Assembly (NCBI GenBank): GCA_963806185.1
Contig: CAWDXE010000007.1
Coordinates: forward strand, 864,001-928,000
Reading direction: 5' to 3'
Source: an uncultured candidate division Zixibacteria bacterium
Lineage (GTDB): Bacteria > Zixibacteria > MSB-5A5 > GN15 > FEB-12
DNA: 64,000 nt
Part shown: piece after piece, positions 18,374-26,521 of the stretch
How the letters are laid out: each line of letters starts with the position of its first letter
Position numbering within the stretch: position 1 is the stretch's first letter
Made by a program: the position numbers and the translations under genes
Notes under the pieces: model-generated
What the model saw: the letters and a program-made list of their open reading frames with translations, nothing else
The model's database searches: none
Told to the model about the DNA's origin: nothing

Positions 18374-20230
18374 ATGGCACGAATTGCGGGCATCGTGGAA
18401 TTGGATCGGTCAAAGGCGGTCGAGGTGCAGACGGTCAAGGCGATGGTGAGCACTCTCACGCATGCGCCGTCGTATCAGCCCAAAGTGATCGGCGAGCAAG
18501 GGGTGTCGTTGGGTGCGATCGGCCTCGAGGCAGTGGATCAGTTCGTCTCGTCCTGCCAGATGGGTGAGGTCGCGATCGTGGCGGCCGGGTACCTGCTCAA
18601 TCTGAAGGAGCTTTCTCAGGACATAGCCAAGACTACCAACGGCCGTCTTCCCAAGAATGTCGCGGAGGTCATCGGGCATTATCTCGCGCAGAATTCGGTT
18701 CAATCACTCGACAGGCTGAACGGATTGTGGGCGTTTGCGGCCTGGAACAAAGGGGAGCGGACGCTGGCGCTGGGGGTGGACCGGTTCGGCATGCGGCCGC
18801 TCTACTACCGTCGCACAGGAAACCGGGTGCTGTTTGCGTCGGAAGTCAAAGGGATCGCGCATCAGGCGACTGACCTGACGATGGACCGGCGATCGGTGGA
18901 AGACCTGCTGCATCTCGGATTCATCCTCGATGACCGCACGCCGTACGAGCAGATCACGCGGGTCGCGGCGGGGACAGTCGTTCGGCTCGACGACCAGGGT
19001 GAAAAGAGAATCCGTTACTGGTCGTTTGAGCGGCTGGCGATTGATCCAAAATTGTCAGTCCCGGAATTCTGCGACCAGATACTGCCGGTGTTCAAGCGGA
19101 CGATCGCTCGAGGAGTCGAGATCGCGCGGACGCCGATCTGCATGTTGAGCTGTGGGTATGATTCGCGGAGGATCATCCTTGAACTGGCCAAGCATAGTAG
19201 GCCCCATGCGTATACCTCTGCGGTACAGATGACCGGGGAGAAGTACACCGTCGATGTTGGCGTGGCACGGGCGTTGTGCCAGGAATTGGGCCTGGAGCAT
19301 TCGAGCGTTCCGCTCTATGACCCGTCGATGGCGGGGGATATCGGCCGGTATGGCGCCGCACTCATGGACGGGGAGACGAATCAGCACCGGTGGATTCAGC
19401 CGCTGTTGCGAGAGGTGCCAGTGGGGGCGGGGGTGAATTTCGACGGGCTGGGAGGAGATATACTGCTCTATGGCAAGCATACCGCGCAGGCGGCCCGGGA
19501 GGCACACGCCGATCCAAAGAAACTTGCTGAATTGGCGATCAAACGCTTTGGGCCCGGTGCAGATGCTTGTGTCCCACAGGGCTTCAGCGGTCAACCCATT
19601 GCAGAGCGAATCGCTGAACTTATGGCGGAATTGCCGGAGACGGAAAATCGGTTTTCGCAGTTCTTTTTCGGGCAATGGACGCGCCGTCGCACCGGGATGA
19701 TGGGGCAGAGTCTGATGAGTTATAAGTTTGAATCGATCTATCCGTATCTGGATAACGACTATGTCGAATTAAGCTATCGACTCGCACCCGAATTGAAAAT
19801 TGATTACAATCTTGCGCGCGACATGCTGTGGAAAGAGTATCCGGAGTTGATGGCGAAAATTCCGAGCAGTCATGATCCGCAGATCGGCACGAATCCGGAT
19901 GCGCGATGCAAACCGTTTGTCGCGCCAATTCCCGAGAATTACGCGCTTAAGCGGCGGTATGCTCGATCGATGATGATAGCCGGACGGGTGAGCAGGTCGC
20001 TGGAGCTGCGGAAGGCGCTGAATGGGACATGTCGGGCCATGTTGCTGGGGCTGAAAATATTCGGGCGGGCTTTGCCCGCGGACAGCGCTGTACTTCACCG
20101 GCTGTGGCGACTGGATGTCCTGGAGCCGCTGTCGCACTTGTACTATACGCATAATGATTCGGATCGTCAGCAAGCTGTACTTCAAGAAGCGAGGAAGTAT
20201 CTGTTCGGAGGGGATCAGGAAGCAATTTGA
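18374..20230 (+). CDS. Asparagine synthase-related amidotransferase/ATP-pyrophosphatase (no N-terminal Cys)
   Basis: MARIAGIV, LNGLWAFAAW, VDRFGMRPLYY, FASEVKGI, LSCGYDSR, FDGLGGD, YPYLD; upstream in-frame ATG at 18344 also possible. Confidence 0.82.
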   Translation: MARIAGIVELDRSKAVEVQTVKAMVSTLTHAPSYQPKVIGEQGVSLGAIGLEAVDQFVSSCQMGEVAIVAAGYLLNLKELSQDIAKTTNGRLPKNVAEVIGHYLAQNSVQSLDRLNGLWAFAAWNKGERTLALGVDRFGMRPLYYRRTGNRVLFASEVKGIAHQATDLTMDRRSVEDLLHLGFILDDRTPYEQITRVAAGTVVRLDDQGEKRIRYWSFERLAIDPKLSVPEFCDQILPVFKRTIARGVEIARTPICMLSCGYDSRRIILELAKHSRPHAYTSAVQMTGEKYTVDVGVARALCQELGLEHSSVPLYDPSMAGDIGRYGAALMDGETNQHRWIQPLLREVPVGAGVNFDGLGGDILLYGKHTAQAAREAHADPKKLAELAIKRFGPGADACVPQGFSGQPIAERIAELMAELPETENRFSQFFFGQWTRRRTGMMGQSLMSYKFESIYPYLDNDYVELSYRLAPELKIDYNLARDMLWKEYPELMAKIPSSHDPQIGTNPDARCKPFVAPIPENYALKRRYARSMMIAGRVSRSLELRKALNGTCRAMLLGLKIFGRALPADSAVLHRLWRLDVLEPLSHLYYTHNDSDRQQAVLQEARKYLFGGDQEAI

Positions 20231-20597
20231 CTGGTGAGTCAAGACCGGACACAGCGGCCCTAGGGGGCGTGCCATGAGGACGGTGTCAGGTCACACCGTC
20301 GCTGCCGCATGCGGTCGCGGTTGCCTCGAAGCATATAGGAATCAAGCGTTTAGTCGGACTCCGGGGTCCCGGCAGGGTAATATGGATCAATGTTACTTAG
20401 CGATCGCACGGGATTGTTTGACGGGGGGCCGGAGTTGGGATCGGGGAGCGCAGAAAATGCGTCGCATCCTAACACAATTTTTATGGAACTGGCCGGTTAT
20501 TGCGGTTGTATCAGGATATGAGGAAGGGACAGAGGCCGGACCGGTTGGACGACCGCACGCACGGCCGCACTGAGGGTTCACGCGAGAAGAAAAGTCC

Positions 20598-20626
20598 TTG
20601 ACATCAAGCCGGTTCAGCGGTAGTAT
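20598..20626 (+). promoter_or_regulatory. sigma70 promoter of cohesin gene (about 170-nt leader)
   Basis: TTGACA-N17-TAGTAT. Confidence 0.7.
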
Positions 20627-20800
20627 ATGTGTGGACGAAGTCACGAGTCACCCTTCACCTCCGATTGCACAACAGTCAAAAAGACATTTTCGCAAGCAAG
20701 TCGTATTGCGGAATAAATTGTACGAAGCTGTCAAGAGCTACGGAAAGCCCGAATTCAAGACAGCGAACCATCAACCCATGCAACCCTGAGGGGGTGAACC

Positions 20801-21637
20801 TTGTTGAAACGAGTCAGTCTCTTCTCAATTGCCATCGTCGCACTGCTCGTGCCCGCTATGGTCGTCACGGCCGCGGACAATCGAATAGCTGCGGCCAAGG
20901 CGACCGTTAACTCGGATCACACGGTCACCGTTCCGGTTGAGATTAGCAACCAGGACGGATTAATGGCCATTGATCTGCCGTTGACGTGGAACGAAGGGGT
21001 GACCCTGAAGCAGGTCGACTTCTCCAACACCCGGGTGGATTATTTTGATCTGAAGATCGCCAACATCAACAATGAGAAACGTCAGTTGATCATTGGTCTG
21101 GTGACCCAGGTCAGCGCGGAGGCAAGACCGTTGCTCAAAGCCGGCAGCGGAACGATTGCCAATCTGGTGTTTGAAGTGACCGATCCAAACGTGACTGAAG
21201 TCAGTGTCGAAGCGGTGAAACTGCAGAACCCGAATCACTCGCCGATGTTTGTATATCATACGGTCAAGGATGGCGCGGGCTTGCAGACGAAGGTAGATCT
21301 GACCTTCGAGCGGACTTCACTGGCAGTCAACGGCTCCACGGCGTCAAGTGGGCTGCCGACTGTTTTCGCGTTGGGACAGAATTACCCCAATCCATTTAAC
21401 CCGACCACTGATATCAATTTTGCGTTGCCGGTTCCGGCCAACGTCGAAGTGTCAGTGTTCAATCTGCTTGGGCAGAAGGTGACCACGCTGGTCAACGGCG
21501 ATATGCCGGCCGGCAATCACACGATCACCTGGGATGGAACCACCGAGAGCGGCTCTGCGGTCTCGAGCGGAATCTACTTCTATCGGATTACCGCCGGTTC
21601 TTTCACGGAAACCAAGAAGATGATGATGTTGAAGTGA
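20801..21637 (+). CDS. Secreted cohesin-like domain protein with C-terminal FlgD-Ig/T9SS type A sorting-like domain
   Basis: Signal peptide; TVTVPVEISN...LMAIDLPLTW...LKQVDF...GSGTIANLVFEV (cohesin-like); FALGQNYPNPFNPTT.I.F.LP...VFNLLGQKV..LV....AG.H.I.WDG....G..VSSGIYFYRI...TETKKMMMLK. Confidence 0.82.
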   Translation: MLKRVSLFSIAIVALLVPAMVVTAADNRIAAAKATVNSDHTVTVPVEISNQDGLMAIDLPLTWNEGVTLKQVDFSNTRVDYFDLKIANINNEKRQLIIGLVTQVSAEARPLLKAGSGTIANLVFEVTDPNVTEVSVEAVKLQNPNHSPMFVYHTVKDGAGLQTKVDLTFERTSLAVNGSTASSGLPTVFALGQNYPNPFNPTTDINFALPVPANVEVSVFNLLGQKVTTLVNGDMPAGNHTITWDGTTESGSAVSSGIYFYRITAGSFTETKKMMMLK

Positions 21638-21677
21638 GCTGAGCTGATTATTTGAGATGCACGTTCAATAAAGTACG

Positions 21678-21714
21678 GCGTCTGGCTGTTCGTCACAGCC
21701 AGACGCTTTTTTTT
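21678..21714 (+). terminator. Rho-independent terminator
   Basis: GCGTCTGGCTGT-TCGTC-ACAGCCAGACGC + T8. Confidence 0.9.
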
Positions 21715-21720
21715 GCCTTG

Positions 21721-22284
21721 CCGGCCCTCCCGGCGGGAGAGGGGGAAGGAGTCTTGTGCTTGGTTGAGAGCATTCGCGAATTACGGGATGTGGGCCCCAT
21801 GGATTCCGGGCCGTTGGTCAGGAATGACAAGACTTGCTGTCAGGCTCACAGGGCGCCTGACCTACTTCTCGTGTGACCTACCGGACCTCACCCCGGCCCT
21901 CTCTCTGAAGGGAGAGGGAGTAGAGAAGAGCATGGCGAGGGTGTGTTGTCGATCGTCGCACTTCGACTTCGCTCAGTGCGACGGTGGGGAGGCTCAGTGC
22001 GACGGTTCCGACGCTGAGAGGTCGATCTGGAGATGTCGGCGAGGTGGAGGGATTTTGATTTGAGATTGCGTCGTCCCCTTCGGCTCCGCTCAGGGTCCTC
22101 GCAATGAGTATTCGACGCATGGCGTAAGTCTGACGGAGCGGGTGTCGCCCACCAACCCTCTCTCGGAGGGAGGGGGAAGAGAAGCGCGTCAGGTCACACG
22201 CCGCTAAGAAGCGGCGCAGGATCTGACGCAAAATCTTCTTACCAGTCAGGCTTCCTGAAAAATGGAAACAGAAGCCTGACCTAC
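21721..22284. repeat. Cluster of about 9 miniature palindromic elements from several families
   Basis: CCCTC..GAGGG type (21721, 21886, 22148); ATTCC..GGAATGAC (21791); GTAG-tagged GTAGGTCAGGC..GCCTGAC on - (21838-21865, 22245-22284); CTTCGACTTCGCTCAG (21961); GAGATTGC..GCAATGA (22062); CGTCAGGTC..GATCTGACG (22187). Confidence 0.8.
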
Positions 22285-22294
22285 GTTCTATAAG

Positions 22295-22325
22295 AATACC
22301 CCAGCGGGCGAGCCGGTGGGGTATT
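22295..22325 (-). terminator. Hairpin, probable terminator of dockerin gene
   Basis: AATACCCCAGCGG...CCGGTGGGGTATT inverted repeat about 20 nt past the stop codon. Confidence 0.5.
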
Positions 22326-22345
22326 GAAATCCAATGGTCAAGATG

Positions 22346-23188
22346 TCATGGGCAGGGGGTATTGACTGCTTTGGGCGTGCCATGTTCGACGCCGGAATAG
22401 ACGTGAGTTCCGTCGAGACACCAATTGGCCCCTGCATCGTTGGAGACAGCATCATAGGCGGCTGCCTTCAGAGTCAGGCTTTTGCCCGGTGCGAGGGTTG
22501 GAAAACCGTTAGCTCCGGTAGAATACGACACCTGGTCAATCACCTGGGCACCCGACGAAAGTTTCAGCAGGCCGTTGGTGTTCGGGAGCGTGACCGTACT
22601 GTAAAGATAGTCGGCGACAAAGCCGGCTGACTCACTTCGGGCCAGGACACGGTAGGAATGCGGAGCGATGGTCAGCGCGCCGCTGATGGTGAAGCTGACA
22701 TTGCTGCTGCCGGTGATAGTCATGCCGTTCATATCAAAGGTCTCGGTCGCACTCGTATTGTAGAGTTCGAACCACTCACCGTCAGCGTCAAGAATCTGCA
22801 CTGGGTCGGGCATGATTTCGGTGATGATGATATCACCAGTACCAACGCCGCCGGCACAATTCGCGGTCGGGGTAAAACCAATAAAGAGGTTGTCGATGAG
22901 GGCGGTAAGATCGCCGATGTCAGTTCCCCCCTGACCGTCAGTATTCGCCTCCGCTTCGCAGCACAGGGGGTTGAAGCTGATGAAGAGGTTGTCGATGAGG
23001 GAGGTCAGGTCGCCGATATCGACACCGTCGCCCGCGCTGCAATCGATGTTGCCGGTCTGGCCGACGCAGCAGCCGGCGGTAGAGACCGGCGGATCGGGAC
23101 GTCGGTATGTTTTGGCGTGCACCGGCTGGAAGACGAGCGAGCTGACAATGACCACGGCATAGTACGAGAAGGCAGGGTAACGTATCAT
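22346..23188 (-). CDS. Secreted dockerin + lamin-tail-domain protein
   Basis: Signal peptide; CCVGQTGNIDCSAGDGVDIGDLTSLIDNLF...CC..EANTDGQGGTDIGDLTALIDNLF (duplicated Ca-loop/helix); IIITEIMPDP....DGEWFELYN...GTP (lamin tail). Confidence 0.85.
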   Translation of the reverse strand: MIRYPAFSYYAVVIVSSLVFQPVHAKTYRRPDPPVSTAGCCVGQTGNIDCSAGDGVDIGDLTSLIDNLFISFNPLCCEAEANTDGQGGTDIGDLTALIDNLFIGFTPTANCAGGVGTGDIIITEIMPDPVQILDADGEWFELYNTSATETFDMNGMTITGSSNVSFTISGALTIAPHSYRVLARSESAGFVADYLYSTVTLPNTNGLLKLSSGAQVIDQVSYSTGANGFPTLAPGKSLTLKAAAYDAVSNDAGANWCLDGTHVYSGVEHGTPKAVNTPCP

Positions 23189-23468
23189 GCGGGACTCCCG
23201 ACAGTGTTTAGGTATGTAGGACGTGGAGAATAATGGACTTTACGGTTCCAATATAACTCCATTCTAGACAAATACAAGACAATTCGCATGTGGCGAAGGG
23301 TGTGGCGAGATAAGTTTGCTTTTGGGCGACGGCGGCCAGCGCAGGAAGTGCGAGAATGGGCGACGAGGGGGAGTTGGCGGGAACACGAATACCGCCCAGG
23401 CGGCCGGATTGGACGCGGGAGCGGTGGGGGGGTAGAGCCCGAAAGGGAGTAGGTCCCAAACCTATCTA

Positions 23469-23496
23469 GCTGGCGCACGAGACGTACGCCAGCCAC
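23469..23496. repeat. Hairpin element GCTGGCGCACGAGACGTACGCCAGC
   Basis: Related copies at 17996, 23871 and 52497. Confidence 0.75.
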
Positions 23497-23870
23497 TTTG
23501 GGCCAGTTACGAGATTGATGGTTCTATGGTGTGACTGTCCTTTCATTTGAGAGCCTACGTGGGCAATCAGGTCGGGAGGCATCTGAACAGCTTGCGCAGT
23601 CCAGTGCCAACGCCACCCGGCCTGACGCCACGCCACCTAAATTATGCGGGGCGCCCCAGCAGTGGGACGGACAGAGACGAATCAAGCGCTTGATTTACGA
23701 TGGTCTCTATATAAAGGGCCCCGGTTCCACATTTTGTAGCGAAGTGCTACAACGGTAGCGCAGGAGGATTGCAGGATCACACGAGTGGAAGAAAAGGGGT
23801 TAAGAGAAAAGTGTGCAAGGGGAGGGGGGATTTGGGATGTTCGAAAAGGGAAATGGGGTACGCGGAGATG

Positions 23871-24231
23871 GGCTGGCGCACGGGACGTACGGCAACCGAC
23901 GGGTGGTTCGCCAATGTCATACCCGCGAAAGCGGGTATCCAGAGAGAGGTCCTTCACACAACCCAGGCTTCGACTCCGCTCACAGATGTCATCTGTCCGC
24001 CTGACGCGTCCGGCACCGCAATGGTGGCGCGATGATGGTCAACCATCGGAAGACGAGAGGTTTGAGATTGCCACGGCGCGAAGCGCGCCTCGCAATGACA
24101 GAAGAGGGGAAGCGCGCCTCGCAATGACGGAGAGGAGGAAGCGCGCCTCGCAATGTGAAATGTCGGGGTGGACTTGATAGTATGGGAAGTGATAGCCATT
24201 GAATAATGAGCCCGCCGGAACGGCGGGCTAC
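23871..24231. repeat. Second cluster of palindromic elements
   Basis: GGCGCACGGGACGTAC (23871); TGTCATACCCGCGAAAGCGGGTATCCAG (23915); CTTCGACTCCGCTCAC (23968); GAGATTGCCACGGCGCGAAGCGCGCCTCGCAATGAC + two half copies with 29-bp period (24064-24155); GTAG-tagged GTAGCCCGCCGTTCCGGCGGGCTC on - (24208-24231). Confidence 0.8.
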
Positions 24232-24272
24232 GGCCCCGTCGATCAGAAGGTGTTACGCCGTCCGAATTGTAA

Positions 24273-24301
24273 TTGAGTATTTAGGTCCATCTTTGTATAA
24301 T
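24273..24301 (+). promoter_or_regulatory. sigma70 promoter
   Basis: TTGAGT-N17-TATAAT, followed by AAGGAG RBS. Confidence 0.7.
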
Positions 24302-24322
24302 CACAGAAAGGAGATACACACA

Positions 24323-24776
24323 ATGGCAACAAAGAAAACATCCAAGTCACCCAAAACTACGATCAGCTACACGACCTCCAACGTCTTCAAGGCCCCCCTG
24401 GCGAAAGTCTGGGACGCCGTGGTCCTGTCCAAACACCTCAAGAAGCATTTCATCGATGGTATGGAAGGTGAGTTCGGCCCCAAATTGACGCCAGTAACCT
24501 GGATATGGAAGCAAGTATGGCAGTGGGACGATGACAGTGCTCAAGTATGTCAAACACAAAGAGATCGTCTTTCGCTCGCCGTCGTGGGGCGGAAAGTACG
24601 AGGTGACGGTTCGCTTCGAGTTTGTTCGCAAGGACGGCAAGACGATTTTCCGCGTTCACGACAGCGGCTACCCGAAGAAGGATTTGCAGGCGGCGTTCAT
24701 GATGTGTGAAGGGTGGAGCGAGTTTCACACGGGCGTGAAGGCGTATCTGGCGGGGAAGGATTTGAGGAAGTATTGA
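24323..24776 (+). CDS. SRPBCC/Aha1-like domain protein; one frameshift near 24513
   Basis: VFKAPLAKVWDAV..SKHLKKHF...W then YGSGTMTVLK...TVRFEF...GKT.FRVHDSGY...CEGWSEFHTGVKAYL. Confidence 0.75.
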
Positions 24777-24970
24777 GGGGGTAGGGGGGAGGAGGACACG
24801 ACGAGTATTGGGAGCAGCGTTGTGATTAGATTACCTGTTCTCCACGATTTTGGAAGTCGACTCCGACACACTTGAAGATAGGGTTGCTTTCATCAGGCTT
24901 GGAGCAACAAGAGAGAATGGTCAAGATTGGGAGATTTCCTCCATGGCAGAAGTCGATTCAGTAATGCCGA

Positions 24971-25225
24971 CTATGACCCGGCACACGCCAGTGCTACAGA
25001 ATCGTTCGTGACGAGGAAATAACGTCTATATCCTTTGCTCCGTGCCCGCAGTCGCACTTGAAAAGGCAAGAGTGGCTCGTTATCTTTCTTACGAGAGTAC
25101 AAGCCCTTTCGATTGATAGACCGAGCTACTTCGTCAAACGCCATCGGGCCTCCGTTCGCTTCCTCTATCAGAATTATAAAAATGGCACGATGCAACGTCA
25201 CAGTATTCGTGGGTTTGGCTGACAT
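24971..25225 (-). CDS. Small winged-helix (HARE-HTH-like) protein
   Basis: TLHRAI..IL....PMAFDEVARSINRKGLYSRK....L..FQVRLR....Y; GAGGA RBS. Confidence 0.55.
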   Translation of the reverse strand: MSAKPTNTVTLHRAIFIILIEEANGGPMAFDEVARSINRKGLYSRKKDNEPLLPFQVRLRARSKGYRRYFLVTNDSVALACAGS

Positions 25226-25268
25226 AGGAATCCTCGTGGGCTCGCGGAGTTAGTCATCTTTTCTGACC

Positions 25269-25878
25269 CTAATCATTAACCAGGCCCAATGTAATCTTGT
25301 TGATTAACCCAAATTCAGGATATATTTCCATATAGTCGAATTGAGCCCAGCTAATCTCTTCCCCAAATTGTCCGATGATAGATATTCTCTGATATGGGGT
25401 TTTCAATTGGGCTATCTCATTCTCGAGCCATTGGCTGTTTACTTCACCAACTCGATCGACAAGAATGACTAGTTGTAAGGAGCTGTCCCCTTGGATCAAG
25501 GATTTTCGCCGAATGAGCGAGACCAATAGATCAGAAGGATCACCATCTCCATGCTCCGTTAGACGCGTTACTTGAATGGGACTATCGTGATCTGGAGATA
25601 TAATCCACAAATCGGCGCTCGAATCATCTAGTATCTCATGACTTTCCATTAGTTCAGCCAAAGAAGGTCTCGGAATTTCTGACCTTGGACTGAAACTGCC
25701 ACGGACTATTAGCCCGACGTCTGGAATGAAGCCAGTAACCTCCAAGGCGCACTTCGAGAATGCAGCCAGTGAGTAATTCGATGCCGCGCTTTGTCCGTAG
25801 GCGATCACTGTCCTCGTTGAAATATTCTTCAATCTCCCCAACGGAATAACACGCTATCCGCTTTTCTCTTAACCACAT
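25269..25878 (-). CDS. Hypothetical low-GC protein, possibly PD-(D/E)xK-like; probable frameshift near 25735
   Basis: AGGA RBS + ATG 25878 (MWLREKRIACYSVGEIEEYF...ILEVRLGG) appears to continue in the 25269-25841 frame (GFIPD...DSSADLWII...IQVTRL). Confidence 0.45.
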
Positions 25879-25931
25879 TACGCGAATCCTATCAAAATCC
25901 ACAATGGTCGAGGTACATTTGTGAGAGTGAA

Positions 25932-26003
25932 TACCCCCGATAGGAATCGAACCTATATTACCAGCTCCGGAGGCTGGTGCGTTATCCATTACACCACGGG
26001 GGC
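25932..26003 (-). tRNA. tRNA-Arg(CCG), CCA not encoded
   Basis: GCCCCCGTGGTGTAATGGATAACGCACCAGCCT-CCG-GAGCTGGTAATATAGGTTCGATTCCTATCGGGGGTA: full cloverleaf with TTCGA T-loop. Confidence 0.96.
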
Positions 26004-26077
26004 AATCGATTGGCAAGGCTTTGGACGCCTCGGTGGGGATATAACGCAAAAGGCAGCGCGAGGTCAATAGGATTCTG

Positions 26078-26521
26078 GGGGGTTGGACCCCATGGATTCT
26101 GGACCGTTGGTCCAGAATGACAAGGGGGGAGTTTCGTTGACACTGAGATTCCGAAGCGCGCTAAGAAGCGGCCTCGGAATGACAATGCGGGGGTTGGACC
26201 CCATGGATTCTGGACCGTTGGTCCAGAATGACAAGGGGGGAGTTTCGTTGACACTGAGATTCCGAAGCGCGCTAAGAAGCGGCCTCGGAATGACAATGCG
26301 GGGGTTGGACCCCATGGATTCTGGACCGTTGGTCCAGAATGACAAGGGGGAAGTTTTGTTGACACTGAGATTCCGAAGCGCGCTAAGAAGCGGCCTCGGA
26401 ATGACAATGCGGGGGTTGGGTCCCATGGATTCTGGACCGTTGGTCCAGAATGACAATGGGGAGGATTTGTTGACACTGAGATTCCGAAGCACGCTAAGAA
26501 GCGGCTTCGGAATGACAATGC
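26078..26521. repeat. Tandem array, 4 x 111 bp, each unit carrying two palindromic elements
   Basis: CATGGATTCTGG recurs at 26091, 26202, 26313, 26424. Confidence 0.95.

Noticed and set aside
20598..20789. Lasso-peptide precursor for the asparagine-synthase-like gene (YGKPEF resembles YxxP)
   Set aside because: ORF starts inside the -35 box, has no Thr-x-Gly core with acceptor Asp/Glu, and no B protein or RRE gene is nearby
20633..20800. Known riboswitch in the long cohesin-gene leader
   Set aside because: No recognisable c-di-GMP, SAM, TPP, cobalamin or glycine aptamer motifs, and no terminator
21652..22231. Short ORFs in intergenic repeat clusters (also 17885-18130, 23682-24199, 52403-52597)
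   Set aside because: Translations of palindromic repeats (e.g. RHCEARF, IATARS.PRND); no RBS or coding signal
23521..23680. 6S RNA or SRP RNA
   Set aside because: Only superficial word matches (GAGAGCC, CCACCT, TCAGGTC); 6S central-bubble pairing and the SRP GGAAGGAAGCAGC motif are absent; kept only as an unassigned structure
18045..24155. Mini-CRISPR in the 29-30-bp periodic repeats at 18045 and 24080
   Set aside because: Linkers are only 9-10 nt and purine-rich, and the repeats are right arms of a dispersed palindrome
22290..25931. Prophage or integrative element bounded by att sites at tRNA-Arg
   Set aside because: No integrase or phage genes and no duplicated tRNA 3' end found by eye
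26078..26521. CRISPR array
   Set aside because: Whole 111-bp units including linkers are near-identical; no unique spacers and no cas genes in the window
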